From an uncultured Chloroflexia bacterium (GTDB lineage: Bacteria > Chloroflexota > Ktedonobacteria > Ktedonobacterales > Ktedonobacteraceae): a stretch of DNA of 64,000 bases. The notes beneath the pieces were generated by a model. It did no database searches and was not told the DNA's origin. It saw only the letters and a list, made by a program, of their open reading frames with translations. Location: assembly GCA_963731415.1 (NCBI GenBank), contig CAVSVN010000010.1, forward strand, positions 7,738 through 71,737. The letters run 5' to 3'. Positions 39,045-49,343 of the stretch are shown here, in pieces (the stretch's first letter is position 1; each line of letters begins with the position of its first letter). A program made the translations under genes and the position numbers.

Positions 39045-40661
39045 CTAACGATCGTAACGTTTCAGAAACGGTGGAACATCAATGCTCTCATCTTCCCGGT
39101 CGTTGTGCCGTTTTGCCTCTTCATGACGCCGTCCCATGTTGCGCAATCCCCGCAGATCATCCAGGCTACGCTGCTGCCTTCCTGGAGGAGGGCTGGCTGG
39201 TCGCAGAGGTGGTGGTAACCGTGTCGGCGGCGGCGTTGTCGGTGCCGGGCGTACTGGCTCTACCGGTGTTGACCGCGATGGCTGCGGTGGAATGGAAGGT
39301 TGTTGCGCTGGAAGGGCATTTCTTCCTCCGGTTCCCGTCATACGCGCCTGTTGTGCCGTTCTCTCTCCATGGATCGTTGGGATACGCATTGTGTGTATTT
39401 CTTCCATGCCAGCAGCAATTAAGGTGACACGCAAAGTATCGCTCAGCGTATGATCAATCACAGCACCAAAGGTAATATCAGCAGCATTATCGATGGCGTC
39501 GCCAATACGTTCAGCGATCTCGTTGACTTCAAACAAGGTCATGTCTTCTCCACCGCTAATATTGAAGAGAACGCGCCTGGCACCACGAATGGTAACGTTG
39601 AGAAAACCCCCTGCCACAGCCTCTTCCGCTGCTCGTTGTGCACGATTGCGTCCGCTACCCTGCCCGATGCTCATCAAAGCCGTTCCAGCCTCACGTAAGA
39701 CGCTCCGAACGTCGGCGAAGTCAACATTGATCATACCAGGCACATTAATTACCTCGGCAATACCCTGTACCCCCTGACGCAATACGTCGTCAGCTACCTT
39801 AAAAGCATCCGAGAGATTTTGGTCGCGTGCAATTGTTGAGAGCAGGCGATCATTGGGCACGGTAATCAAGGCGTCGATCTCTGTGGCAAGCTCTGTCAAT
39901 CCTTGTTCTGCGACGCGACGACGACGCGAACCCTCAAAGCTGAATGGTAGTGTCACGATACCAACCGTGAGTGCACCCAGTTTTTTCGCAATTGAAGCGA
40001 TGATGGGAGCGGCACCCGTTCCCGTACCTCCACCCATGCCAGCGGCGATAAAGACGAGGTCGGCATCACCCAGCGCAGCACGAATCTCTGCAGTGCTTTC
40101 GGTTGCCGCACGCATTCCAACAGCGGAGTTCCCACCTGCTCCCAGACCTCTTGTGTGATGCTGACCGAGGCAGATACGATTGGAAGCTGGTGAGAGCGCG
40201 AGTATCTGGGCGTCGGTATTCATCGCCACAAAGCGTACTCCACGCACTTTTGTCGCGATCATCCGATTGATCGCGTTCATACCGCCTCCACCAACGCCGA
40301 CAACCACAATATCGACGTGATGTTGTGCCTCTATCAGCGAGTCTTGCTCTGATAAGAGCACACTATTCTTCTGCGTATCTTCCTCTGTATTCCGTTGCTC
40401 CCAGACCGTCCCAATATGCTCCTCCGGGACAGGGGTATTCCCCTCTTCTACTTCATGTCGGAGTATTGCCCACTGGTCACCTTGCTCATACATGTCTGGT
40501 CTCATCCCCGCTTTTTCTATCCATTGCTCCGGGGTGGTGTCTCGTTTGTATGCATCGTGGGACATTGGCTGTTGCATGCGCACCCCCATTTCATAAACGC
40601 TCTCCATCCGCATTGTAACAAAAGTGTCAAGCATATAGGTTTCTATGCAATTCTGTTCCAA
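39045..40661 (-). CDS. ftsZ: Cell division GTPase FtsZ with extended N-terminus and Pro-rich C-terminal linker
   Basis: Contains VVGVGGGGMNAINRM, the tubulin signature GMGGGTGTGAAP and the C-terminal peptide DVPPFLKRYDR. The start codon is uncertain, with several in-frame Met between 40661 and about 40490. Confidence 0.9.
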   Translation of the reverse strand: MEQNCIETYMLDTFVTMRMESVYEMGVRMQQPMSHDAYKRDTTPEQWIEKAGMRPDMYEQGDQWAILRHEVEEGNTPVPEEHIGTVWEQRNTEEDTQKNSVLLSEQDSLIEAQHHVDIVVVGVGGGGMNAINRMIATKVRGVRFVAMNTDAQILALSPASNRICLGQHHTRGLGAGGNSAVGMRAATESTAEIRAALGDADLVFIAAGMGGGTGTGAAPIIASIAKKLGALTVGIVTLPFSFEGSRRRRVAEQGLTELATEIDALITVPNDRLLSTIARDQNLSDAFKVADDVLRQGVQGIAEVINVPGMINVDFADVRSVLREAGTALMSIGQGSGRNRAQRAAEEAVAGGFLNVTIRGARRVLFNISGGEDMTLFEVNEIAERIGDAIDNAADITFGAVIDHTLSDTLRVTLIAAGMEEIHTMRIPTIHGERTAQQARMTGTGGRNALPAQQPSIPPQPSRSTPVEPVRPAPTTPPPTRLPPPLRPASPPPGRQQRSLDDLRGLRNMGRRHEEAKRHNDREDESIDVPPFLKRYDR

Positions 40662-41050
40662 GGGTTGCTTGTCTGTCTACTACTTATGATAACGTATTAG
40701 CGCGGGGGAATGCGACAGTTCAGGGGAGGAAAGGAAAGAAATTTGTTCCCTGGTACATTTCTGGTGGAGGTAGCCAGAGAATAACACTGCGCACTTCCAC
40801 CAGAACTGTATAAGAAAGAAGGTGTTATGAGAGAGTTTTGCCAGATTTTGCGGCTTTCTTTTCTCTTTGCGCCTCTTTCTTTTGCTTATTAGACTTCGGT
40901 GCAGCCTTCTGCACCTTTTTTTGTTCTTTATCTGCCACGATGCACCTCTCTTGATCGCGCTTTCTATGCCTTCCATGACTTTCCATGGATACTTCTATTG
41001 TATCAGATTCTTCCGCATAACGGATAGCGCCAGTACAAGGTGTAAGTGTT

Positions 41051-41485
41051 TTATGAGCAATGGTACTGTTGCTGCAAACTTTTTTCCTCATAGGTAGCTA
41101 TGGCATGCGTAATCATACGTAGTACGCTGCCAATGTCCATTGGTTTGCGTAACTGATAAATGCCGCGTTGTTCTAGTTCTTTGACTGGCAGTGTTGCACT
41201 CATCATAATTGCTGGCACACCTTTGATCTCTTCCTTTTCCTGCAGGCGATCATACAACTCCAGGCCATTGACACCTGGTAAACGGTAGTCGAGCAGTAGG
41301 AGGCAAGGGTTAAGATCCGGTGCCCGCTCTAGCGCAACTTTGCCGTTATCGATTACGTTTGTATGATACGGTGTTTCCTCTTCAATGAGTTGCTGTAGAA
41401 ACTGGGCGATATCGGCGTCGTCTTCGACTATTAAGATCGTCGTATTCCGTGGGCTCTGTGCCGCTGGTGGAATGAAATCCGGCAT
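41051..41485 (-). CDS. Single-domain response regulator (CheY-like receiver)
   Basis: Contains ILIVEDD, LLLLDYRLPGVNG (phospho-acceptor Asp) and PAIMMSA. Confidence 0.85.
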   Translation of the reverse strand: MPDFIPPAAQSPRNTTILIVEDDADIAQFLQQLIEEETPYHTNVIDNGKVALERAPDLNPCLLLLDYRLPGVNGLELYDRLQEKEEIKGVPAIMMSATLPVKELEQRGIYQLRKPMDIGSVLRMITHAIATYEEKSLQQQYHCS

Positions 41486-41627
41486 GAAACACTCCTTCGC
41501 AATGGATGAGAATGCAAATACGCTACATCTTTCTCTAACGGATAATAGAATGGATTGGTGACGCGTGAGTATGTATTATTTATACATAACTGGTCACCAT
41601 TGAGCAAGACCCTTTCGGCCCTGTCTT

Positions 41628-42218
41628 CTAGCGCTGTGGCGGTAGCTCTGTCCACTTCATCTCATTGTCGTCGGGTGGTTGGAATGTGGCGAAGGCATTA
41701 AGCAGTTCGCCTGGTACCTCTCTATGGAGCAAGAGGTGGGTATGGAATGGACGGATAAAGCCTTCTGTGGTGGCATGTGTGACCAGTGCCAGCAACGGTG
41801 TAAAATAGCCCTCAACGTTGAGTAGCCCAATAGGCTTTTTGTGCAGACCGATCTGTGCCCAGGTTGTGATCTCGAACAGTTCGTCAAAGGTGCCATATCC
41901 ACCCGGTAATGCGATAAATCCATCGGCCATGTCAGCCATCAATGCCTTCCGTTCATGCATGGTACCAACTTCGTGCAATTCGCTCAGATTGGCATGTGCT
42001 ACTTCTCGCACAAATAATCCCTTTGGTAAAACTCCAATTACCTCTCCACCTCTTTCTCTCATCTCATCCGCAATTGTCCCCATTAATCCAACGCTTGCAC
42101 CCCCATACACCATTCCCAGCCCTCGCTCAACCAGCTCCTGACCCAACAGACGCGCAGCCTGCTGGTACTCTGGACGAATGCCTGCATTCGAGCCAGCAAA
42201 GACACAGATACGACGCAT
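41628..42218 (-). CDS. LOG-family nucleotide 5'-monophosphate phosphoribohydrolase (TIGR00730-like)
   Basis: PGGYGTFDELFE motif and GGASVGLMG. Confidence 0.9.
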   Translation of the reverse strand: MRRICVFAGSNAGIRPEYQQAARLLGQELVERGLGMVYGGASVGLMGTIADEMRERGGEVIGVLPKGLFVREVAHANLSELHEVGTMHERKALMADMADGFIALPGGYGTFDELFEITTWAQIGLHKKPIGLLNVEGYFTPLLALVTHATTEGFIRPFHTHLLLHREVPGELLNAFATFQPPDDNEMKWTELPPQR

Positions 42219-42280
42219 ACACCTTTTCCTTCCTACGCAAGAAAATCATACTATGCATCGTAGCATATTTTACGCGCCCC

Positions 42281-42307
42281 TGGTAGGGGCCAGATTTATC
42301 GCGCCCA
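42281..42307. repeat. Short dispersed repeat, copy 2
   Basis: tggtaggggccagatttatcgcgccca, in the same orientation as copy 1. Confidence 0.8.
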
Positions 42308-42429
42308 TAGTCTGGGCCACGTTGATGCGCCCGCCCTCCGAGCCACGTTGACACGTCCACTCCATAAATCATGTTGTACAATACAAGAAAACACGATGTA
42401 TCAATCGTACATTCTCATCAGGAGTATTG

Positions 42430-43113
42430 ATGGACGCACTAATCTTCGACTTTGATGGCCTTATCCTTGATACCGAAGTCTCCGAGCTACAATCATGGCG
42501 CGAAATCTATACAGAATATAACGCCGACCTGCCAATAGAGCAATGGGCAATATGTATTGGTAGTGGTGCTGATACTTTCGATCCTGTTGCCTATCTCGAA
42601 GCCCAGATAGGTCGCCGGGTAGAACGAAAAGATATTCTGCCTCGTCGTCGTCAACGTCACCTGGAATTGGTTGCCGCCGAAGTTCTCCTGCCGGGTGTTG
42701 AAGCCTATCTACACGATGCGAAACGCCTTGGGCTGAAAATTGGTCTCGCCTCCAGTTCCTCTCGCGAGTGGGTGTATGGCCATTTATCGCGCCTCGGCAT
42801 CGCCGATTACTTCGATTTTATGAAATGTGGCGATGAGGTAACGCACAAAAAGCCTGATCCCGAACTATATCTCGGTGTCCTCTCAGCTTTAGGGGTACGC
42901 GGCAAAGACGCTATTGCCCTGGAGGATTTTCCCAATGGAGTTCTTGCTGCACAACGCGCTGGCATCTTCTGCGTGGCTATTCCCAATCCCGTCACCAACC
43001 AGCTTGACCTGGCTCATGCCGATCTGCGCTTAGAATCGCTGGCTCTGATGCCGCTGGAGGATCTTATCGCCGAAGTGGAAAAACGACGTAAAGCTGCTTC
43101 TGTACAATCGTGA
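42430..43113 (+). CDS. HAD-superfamily hydrolase (beta-phosphoglucomutase-like subfamily IA)
   Basis: Motif I DFDGLILDTE, with a conserved Lys and the acidic motif LEDFPNG. AGGAG lies 6 nt before the ATG. Confidence 0.85.
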   Translation: MDALIFDFDGLILDTEVSELQSWREIYTEYNADLPIEQWAICIGSGADTFDPVAYLEAQIGRRVERKDILPRRRQRHLELVAAEVLLPGVEAYLHDAKRLGLKIGLASSSSREWVYGHLSRLGIADYFDFMKCGDEVTHKKPDPELYLGVLSALGVRGKDAIALEDFPNGVLAAQRAGIFCVAIPNPVTNQLDLAHADLRLESLALMPLEDLIAEVEKRRKAASVQS

Positions 43114-43277
43114 CCCGGAATAACAGTAGAAGCGCGAAATAGTTGTGCTCTCCATCTTTCCAGGGACAACACCAATTTGGGAGTAGGTGTACTAACTCCA
43201 AACGACGTGGCTACAGCCGTTGCCGACCTTGCTCTTGTGAGCCTTGAAAAAAAGCAAAAGGGTACTTAAAACAACAC

Positions 43278-43685
43278 TTGTTGTGGGACGAGCCTCGCTT
43301 GCGCACCCCAGAGCAATTTGAGCGCTGGAGCCAAATTGTCGCCATTGCTCATAATCATCTGCTTCTGGCCCGAGATCTTGTTGAGATTGAGTTGCGCCAG
43401 TGGGAGAGCAACCATCGTCGGATCACCTTGCAACAGGTGCGTAGCGGGATCAACAAATTGTTGCACCAGTTGGGAACTCCGACCCAGCCCCCCAAACCTC
43501 GCGGAAAATCGAAAGGCAAGTCGGTAGGTAGGGGCAAGCGTTCGCAAGGCGACGCGTTTTCCCGTTGTTTTCAAGAAGCCAAAGGTGCCTCAACTGGTTC
43601 CATCTTGATACTGATCGGACCATTTTCTTTGGGAAATCTTTCCTTGCCACGGAACTTCTTACGGAGTTCTGTTGCTACCTTTTAG
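43278..43685 (+). pseudogene. Transposase C-terminal remnant (IS4/IS701-like)
   Basis: LLWDEPRLRTPEQFERWSQIVAIAHNHLLLAR...GTPTQPPKPRGKSKGKSVG resembles the conserved tail of IS701/IS4-type transposases. No N-terminal part is present. Confidence 0.55.
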
Positions 43686-43782
43686 TTTAAACATCAAAAG
43701 CCATTCAACTCGATACTACTTATATGCTTAGTTATAGTGGAAATGTTCTCTTCTCTACCAATTAGAGCGTTATGAAGAGGCG

Positions 43783-44112
43783 TTGGTTATAAGTGATCTC
43801 GCCATAGCACGTTTCCCTCAATCGGCTGAGTTTCCAAATGGTCGAGGAAATATTTTGCTCAAGTTAGGGAGGTTTGAAGAAGCACTGATGGCATACGATC
43901 AAGCGATGCAACTCAATTCTCATTTTATGTACAGTTATAATGGCAAAGGTCTTGTATTGCAAAGTCTCGGACACTATCAAGAAGCCCTTGAAGCGTATGA
44001 GCAGGCTCTTGCCCTTGATCCAACATCTCCCTCTGCCTGGAAGAGCAAAGGAGAGGTGTTATTTCAACTAGGACGTTCTACTGAGTCGAGAGAAGCGTAT
44101 AAGAGAGCGTAG
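43783..44112 (+). CDS. TPR-repeat protein fragment
   Basis: Three TPR units (EEALMAYDQAMQLNS..., QEALEAYEQALALDP...). The reading frame continues upstream without a start, so it is probably truncated. Confidence 0.5.
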   Translation: MVISDLAIARFPQSAEFPNGRGNILLKLGRFEEALMAYDQAMQLNSHFMYSYNGKGLVLQSLGHYQEALEAYEQALALDPTSPSAWKSKGEVLFQLGRSTESREAYKRA

Positions 44113-44126
44113 AGAGAATGCCTCGC

Positions 44127-44603
44127 TTAGCGTGGGAAGTGGTAGCTTAATCCAGTAGGAGTATCTCCATATTTTCCAGCGTCGAGATCGTCTGCAAAGG
44201 TAGAGAGAACTTCCAGGAAGCCTGAGACCACAACGCGTGATGGTCCAGCTTCATGGTCCCAATCAATAATTTGCCCTTTAGAACCTCTTTGTGCCGGGTC
44301 CAGATCAAGGCAGCAAGCGTTCCTGGCTCTATCTCCCCCAAATGGAATCCAGTGAAGATTCCACCAGGTTGGTTGAATTGGTCCGATTTGCCATCCTGAT
44401 TGGACCACATCCTCTGTGAAGTAATAAGGGAAAAAATCATCCCAGGAGCCTCCTTCCTTGATTTCCTTGAATATTTGCCAATCCGAAATGATTTTTTCTA
44501 AAGGGAGTATTTGCATTTCTGAGACCAGTCTTATTGTATATCCTCCATTGTGAAGACGATACGACGCCATGGTGCAGATGACCTGTCGCACCACCGATAC
44601 CAC
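44127..44603 (-). CDS. SMI1/KNR4 (SUKH-1) family protein, probably 5'-truncated
   Basis: WIPFGGDRARNACCLDLDP...GQIIDWDHEAG...FLEVLSTFADDLDAGKY matches the C-terminal core of SUKH immunity proteins. The usual N-terminal helix region is absent. Confidence 0.7.
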   Translation of the reverse strand: MVSVVRQVICTMASYRLHNGGYTIRLVSEMQILPLEKIISDWQIFKEIKEGGSWDDFFPYYFTEDVVQSGWQIGPIQPTWWNLHWIPFGGDRARNACCLDLDPAQRGSKGQIIDWDHEAGPSRVVVSGFLEVLSTFADDLDAGKYGDTPTGLSYHFPR

Positions 44604-45258
44604 CGGTAGCCAGAGTTGTGCCGCAGGAACTCAGACGGGCGCGACGATGAGCTACGACAACATGGGACGCTTGAATAGCTGTACCGCGCCTAGTGGACTC
44701 AACGAGAGTGAGCAGTACCTCTACGACAACGAGGGGAACCGGGTGTTGCGCCGCAGCAACACGACGAGCAATGGAGCGGCGAGCACCACGGACACGATCA
44801 CCTTTGATAGCCTCGGCGAGGTGAGCATCACGGCAGGGGTCTCCACCGTCACCAACTACTACAGTGTGGCGGGCCAGCGGGTAGCGATGCGTAAGGGAGC
44901 GATCCTCTCCTACCTGGTGCCCGACTTTTTGGGCAGTGACAGTATTGCCCTCAATGCTGATGGAAGTGTGCAAGCGGTACAACTCTTTGCCCTATGGACA
45001 GGTGCGTTACAACGACCAGGTGATGCCAACCGATTACAGCTTCACGGGGCAACGATTGGATAGTCTGAGCGGGTGTTATTGTACGACAATGCGCGGTACT
45101 ATGATCCGGTAAGTGGACGCTTTAGCAAAGCGGACACGGTACAGACCAACACGACGGGAAGCGATCCGTATGCCTATGTGGGCGATAGCCCGGAGACGAA
45201 GACCGATCCCTCAAAAAATCATCTTTGCATTTTTCCCTCTTCCTATGCTATGCTTTAA
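44569..45258 (+). pseudogene. Rhs/YD-repeat core, C-terminal remnant with a frameshift
   Basis: YD repeats (YDNMGRL, YLYDNEGNRV), then LVPDFLGSDSIAL and ...ARYYDPVSGRFSKADT...DPYAYVGDSPETKTDPS, the end of the Rhs shell. Neither an N-terminal part nor a toxin tip is present. Confidence 0.75.
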
Positions 45259-45312
45259 GAACATTTTGTCAGGAATAGCTGGCAGAAGAATAAAGGCTAC
45301 AAGGTTATTTTG

Positions 45313-45901
45313 ATGACGAATTTCAAAAAGTAAAACAACACGTCGCGTCGAATTACTTAAAGCCGCACGCGCAATTTTCGCGGAAAAAGGATACGAAGCA
45401 ACGACCGTCTCCGAGATCGTGTCCCGTGCCGGTGTAGCACAGGGTACCTTTTACCTCTACTTTCCCTCGAAGGTCTCCATCGCTGTCGAACTGGCTGGGG
45501 AAGTGCAGGAGAAGATTAAGATTACTATCCTGGAGGCATACTCACAGACGAAACAACCTGATGAATGGATTAGTAAAAGCATCCGCGCCGCCTTCGATAT
45601 TACTGGTCAGTATCGCGATGTCCTGGGAGTCGTGCACTCCAGTATTCCCTGGAGCGAACACCCCCAGGAGCGAGAACGCATCTTTTCCCCTTACTATGAT
45701 CTTATTTCTGGTCTGCTCGAAAGAGAAAAAGTTCGTGGGAATGTTTCCGCACACCTTAATACCCGTATAACGGCCACTCTCATCGTCGGCCTGGTCTACT
45801 ACGCGATAGATGAATGTTATCTGTATGATACTCATACCGCTCCCGAAACCTACATTGAGGAAACCGTACGGTTTATACGCCACGCAATGGGGTTACATTG
45901 A
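45313..45901 (+). CDS. TetR-family transcriptional regulator, N-terminus interrupted by a frameshift in an A5 run
   Basis: ATG MTNFKK stops at 45331. The HTH (RRVELLKAARAIFAEKGYEATTVSEIVSRAGVAQGTFYLYF) is in the -1 frame. Only a GTG at 45419, inside the HTH, is available as an in-frame start. Confidence 0.8.
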
Positions 45902-46311
45902 CCATTTACCCCTTTCAGGCTATTTCACTTGACAAAATTCCCTGTCTTAGTTATAGTAATTTACATAAGAATGACTGACAGTCATTTTTGTAGTGCCACC
46001 TTCCGACCACTTAAAGAAGGATATTTGTTGTAACCTGCTATTTTATGGTATACGGCAAAAAGGAGTAGACGCATATGGCAATGAAGCCTGGACGACTGAC
46101 ATCCTCAGCGTCAATGGAGAGAAAGCTCTTCCCTTTTATCTACGCGCAACCAGTCAATAACTCTTTGATGATTTTCACCCACACTATCGGTTAGCGCATT
46201 TGCTTTCAGAGATACTACCCACTTAAGTACGATTGCCATTATACAAAAGTATATGTCATTGCGTTATGCTTCATTGCTGAGATATAGAAACAACACGGAA
46301 GGATTCTGAAC

Positions 46312-46845
46312 ATGGCCGTTCCTGATACGCGGCCCCGGCGACAAGAGTCCCGCTTCCGCCTGTGGCGTAAAAGACGTCCATTCTGGGGAGCGCTTCTTAT
46401 GATGATCGCGGGCCTCTTGATTCTCTGGGGACCAAGCAGTCTCTTACAATTGGCAATGCTACCAGGCAACAGTATATGGGCAGGACTGCTGGTAGGAGCA
46501 TTACTTTTTGTGATGGGACTGATCCAATTGCTTGCCCCATCGTATGCACTCATCACCGGTGCAATTGGCATTGTACTTTCCCTGGTCTCCCTCATTGTAG
46601 CGCTTGGTGGATTAGGAATAGGCATGTTACTCGGTATTATAGGCGGTTCGCTTGGCGTCGCCTGGAAACCAGTTGCAGGGCCACCTTCTCTTTATATTTA
46701 TAATCGTCCTTTTACTCAAACGGATGAAAGGCGGACCGAAAGAGATTGCAAGCCGCTTTATCACCGCATAAAAGACAGGAGCAAAACACTATGGGACAAT
46801 TTAGCGACAAAGATCCAGACTTTCCGCGCCAGAGAGAATTCCTGA
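46312..46845 (+). CDS. DUF6114-like integral membrane protein
   Basis: RKRRPFWGALLMMIAGLLIL...LSLVSLIVALGGLGIGMLLGIIGGSLGVAWKP matches the pattern of the actinobacterial DUF6114 family. Confidence 0.6.
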   Translation: MAVPDTRPRRQESRFRLWRKRRPFWGALLMMIAGLLILWGPSSLLQLAMLPGNSIWAGLLVGALLFVMGLIQLLAPSYALITGAIGIVLSLVSLIVALGGLGIGMLLGIIGGSLGVAWKPVAGPPSLYIYNRPFTQTDERRTERDCKPLYHRIKDRSKTLWDNLATKIQTFRARENS

Positions 46846-47432
46846 ATAAGCTGGCACAACGTATGCGCATAGTTGCTATGGAACCGAGAGAAGACACGAT
46901 GATGCCAACAATTGGTAGAACCGACCGCAAAATATTCTGGCTCGTCCTGATGGTATCATTACTTGTGCTTACCGGGATGATGAGCCTGGTCTCTAAAGGC
47001 GCAATAGCAATGGCAGCCGCAGTCCCCGTTCCCTTCACGATCCAGGCTGGAACGCTCAATGGTAAAAACTTTCATCTGTATCCGGGAGTATCGCAGGCAG
47101 ATAACAACACACCAGTAGCAGTGAACCAGATGGATTGCACCATTACAAATCTAGTTATCACTAAACAGATAACGCTTCCGGTTGTTGGCACCGTCACAGT
47201 AAAAATGTCGGCAGGCAGCAATACACCGGCAAATCTCACTGGCCTGACCACTGATGTCGCAGCTCTTGGTACAAGCTCAACAAGTTTCCAGAACCTCTCC
47301 ATTAATACTGGACCCAATAGTCTGGATCTCACAGCACCCAGCGCAATACTGAACAACGCGAACATCAGCTCACCATATCTGCTCGTCAGTAGCATTACAC
47401 TGCCAGGCCTGTCAGTCTCTATTACACATTAA
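46791..47432 (+). CDS. DUF6230-like membrane-anchored protein
   Basis: TM anchor, then AVPVPFTIQAGTLNGKNFHLYPG...TPVAVNQMDCTITNLVITKQ...GTVTVKMSAG...FQNLSINTG, colinear with the DUF6230 pattern. Confidence 0.55.
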   Translation: MGQFSDKDPDFPRQREFLNKLAQRMRIVAMEPREDTMMPTIGRTDRKIFWLVLMVSLLVLTGMMSLVSKGAIAMAAAVPVPFTIQAGTLNGKNFHLYPGVSQADNNTPVAVNQMDCTITNLVITKQITLPVVGTVTVKMSAGSNTPANLTGLTTDVAALGTSSTSFQNLSINTGPNSLDLTAPSAILNNANISSPYLLVSSITLPGLSVSITH

Positions 47433-47573
47433 CATAAAAAATATGTCCCTCTTCAAGTGGGAGTGCGGCAAAGAAATCGTGTGTCTTAGACCTGGGAGGA
47501 TTTGCCGCCCCACGCTCCAATTTTTGTTTTTCTATCTATCGGTATCGTATTTTTGCTATCAGGAGTTAAAAAC

Positions 47574-48146
47574 GTGCATGACATCTGGCGCAAAGTATTT
47601 CTTCTACTTATAACTATAGCCGTACTGGCCGAAGTATTGCTCTTCAGAGGACATTCTCCAACTTTCGCCAGTGGCCCGGTGCTACCAAAAACCGACACAA
47701 CCAGGCCGATGACCACCATCTCGTACACTACTGATCTGGCGGCGAAACCAACCATTTTCACGGCATCAAGCGTTTTAACGTTGCGAGCAAGCGAGATCGA
47801 TGGTACAAATGCACACCTGAGCATCTTCCCAGATCCGCTTCATCCTACCCTCACATTTGCGTCAAATATCATTTATGGGATGCGCTTGAGCCAACCTCTC
47901 AGCACCCTCACGCTCACTATGGTCGCGACAGGAGTAGCAGTCGCGAATGGAGTAACGATCAAAACTTCAGTGCTTAGCGATCTTACTACTGCTATAGGCA
48001 GCTTTGTCAACAAAGCAGATCTGCTTATTCTGGTGGCAGGTGGCACAGTAAAAAACCTGGTAATGAAGAATGTCACGCTTAAGATAGATCGCTACCTTGA
48101 TTTAAATAGTCTAAACGCACAGGGGCTTCAAGTTTCTATCTCTTAA
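47574..48146 (+). CDS. Membrane-anchored protein, distant paralog of the DUF6230-like protein
   Basis: GTG start 6-7 nt after AGGAG, a TM anchor and a beta-rich domain ending GLQVSIS (compare GLSVSITH in the neighbour). Confidence 0.45.
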   Translation: MHDIWRKVFLLLITIAVLAEVLLFRGHSPTFASGPVLPKTDTTRPMTTISYTTDLAAKPTIFTASSVLTLRASEIDGTNAHLSIFPDPLHPTLTFASNIIYGMRLSQPLSTLTLTMVATGVAVANGVTIKTSVLSDLTTAIGSFVNKADLLILVAGGTVKNLVMKNVTLKIDRYLDLNSLNAQGLQVSIS

Positions 48147-48275
48147 TGATCTCTGACTTCCCCGCGCCTGCGAGGCTTCGCGTAGTATTCCTCGTTAAAG
48201 CGTTGAGATGTATGGCCCGATTTCACATGTACCCTACACATAAGATCAGGCCACACTCCACCCATATGCAGAATA

Positions 48276-49294
48276 CTACGAACTTGCTAGATTGACGTAA
48301 TCCTGAGACAGATTTTTCACCGGAGCAATCAATTTTTGTGCCACCAGAAATTGCTCCATAGATTGCCAGGTCGCATTATCGTTATATCCTAACTGGCCGT
48401 TGCCTTGCCAGATAGGAATCGTGGCCTTCAACACTTTAAGCGCCTGGGTTGTATCGGTCAGTGTAGGAATATACGTTTTACAGATATCAAGAGCGGCAGA
48501 GGGATTAGCAATCACATCCTTCAATCCTTTGAGGGTTGCCTGTACAAAACTTTTTACCATCGCTGTCTGCTTATGATAGGTATCTTCAGTCGTGATAATG
48601 CCATTCGAGACGAGCGGCTGGTAATCGGAGACGTTAAAGGTGTGTACCGGAAAGCCGTGCTCGCGGCAATTGTAGCGCCTCGTTATTTGAGTAGCCCATG
48701 ACCGCATCGACCTTATGGCTTATCAGGGCCGCAACCTGTGTGAAGCCGATAGTTTGTAATTTCACATCAGAGAGCTGTTAAGTGAGCACTATAGAGGAGT
48801 GCCAGCAGCCCTGTATAGGTTGAGCCATATGCGCCAGGGATGCCGATAGTATGTCCTCTGAGATCGGCCAGCGTCTTGATCGACGAGTCAGAAGGAACAA
48901 TCAGGCTGACAGGATATTTTTGGAAGATGGTCGCAACATCAACGGCTGGAATATTTTTGTCGCGAGCAGCCAGCAACTCATCGCCACCAGCGAAAACGAA
49001 GGTATTGCGTCCAGCGACCATTGAGCCGAAGAGGTCAGGTACGATGCCATGATTAAACGTAACATTGAGTCCCGCCGCGCTGTAGTAGCCTTTGCTCTTC
49101 GCAACATAAAATGGCGCGAACTGCACATCGGGGATGTAGCCGAGGCCGATGGTAAGATTTTTTGTTGCTGCATTCTGGCTACCCGAACCTGAACTCGCGG
49201 TGGTTGTACTTCCACAGGCCGTTAGCAGTAGAGTCAGCAGAACCAGCGGAGACAAAAAGGACAGCAGTATAGATGAACGATGACGCCTGGACAT
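48276..49294 (-). pseudogene. ribY: NMT1/ThiY-like ABC substrate-binding lipoprotein (RibY-like), frameshifted
   Basis: Signal peptide plus lipobox LLLTAC, then LTIGLGYIPDVQFAPFYVAKSKGYY. The N- and C-terminal halves (48767-49294 and 48276-48707) are in different frames. Confidence 0.65.
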
Positions 49295-49343
49295 CGATGT
49301 ATTTCTCCATTCGTATATGATAGGAAAGCGTGTGCTTGCCCGA

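Noticed and set aside
40680-41091. Lys-rich small ORFs (88 and 98 aa) lie between the response regulator gene and ftsZ.
   Set aside because: They have no Shine-Dalgarno and low-complexity basic composition, and one overlaps the response-regulator 3' end. A small basic protein cannot be excluded, but support is insufficient.
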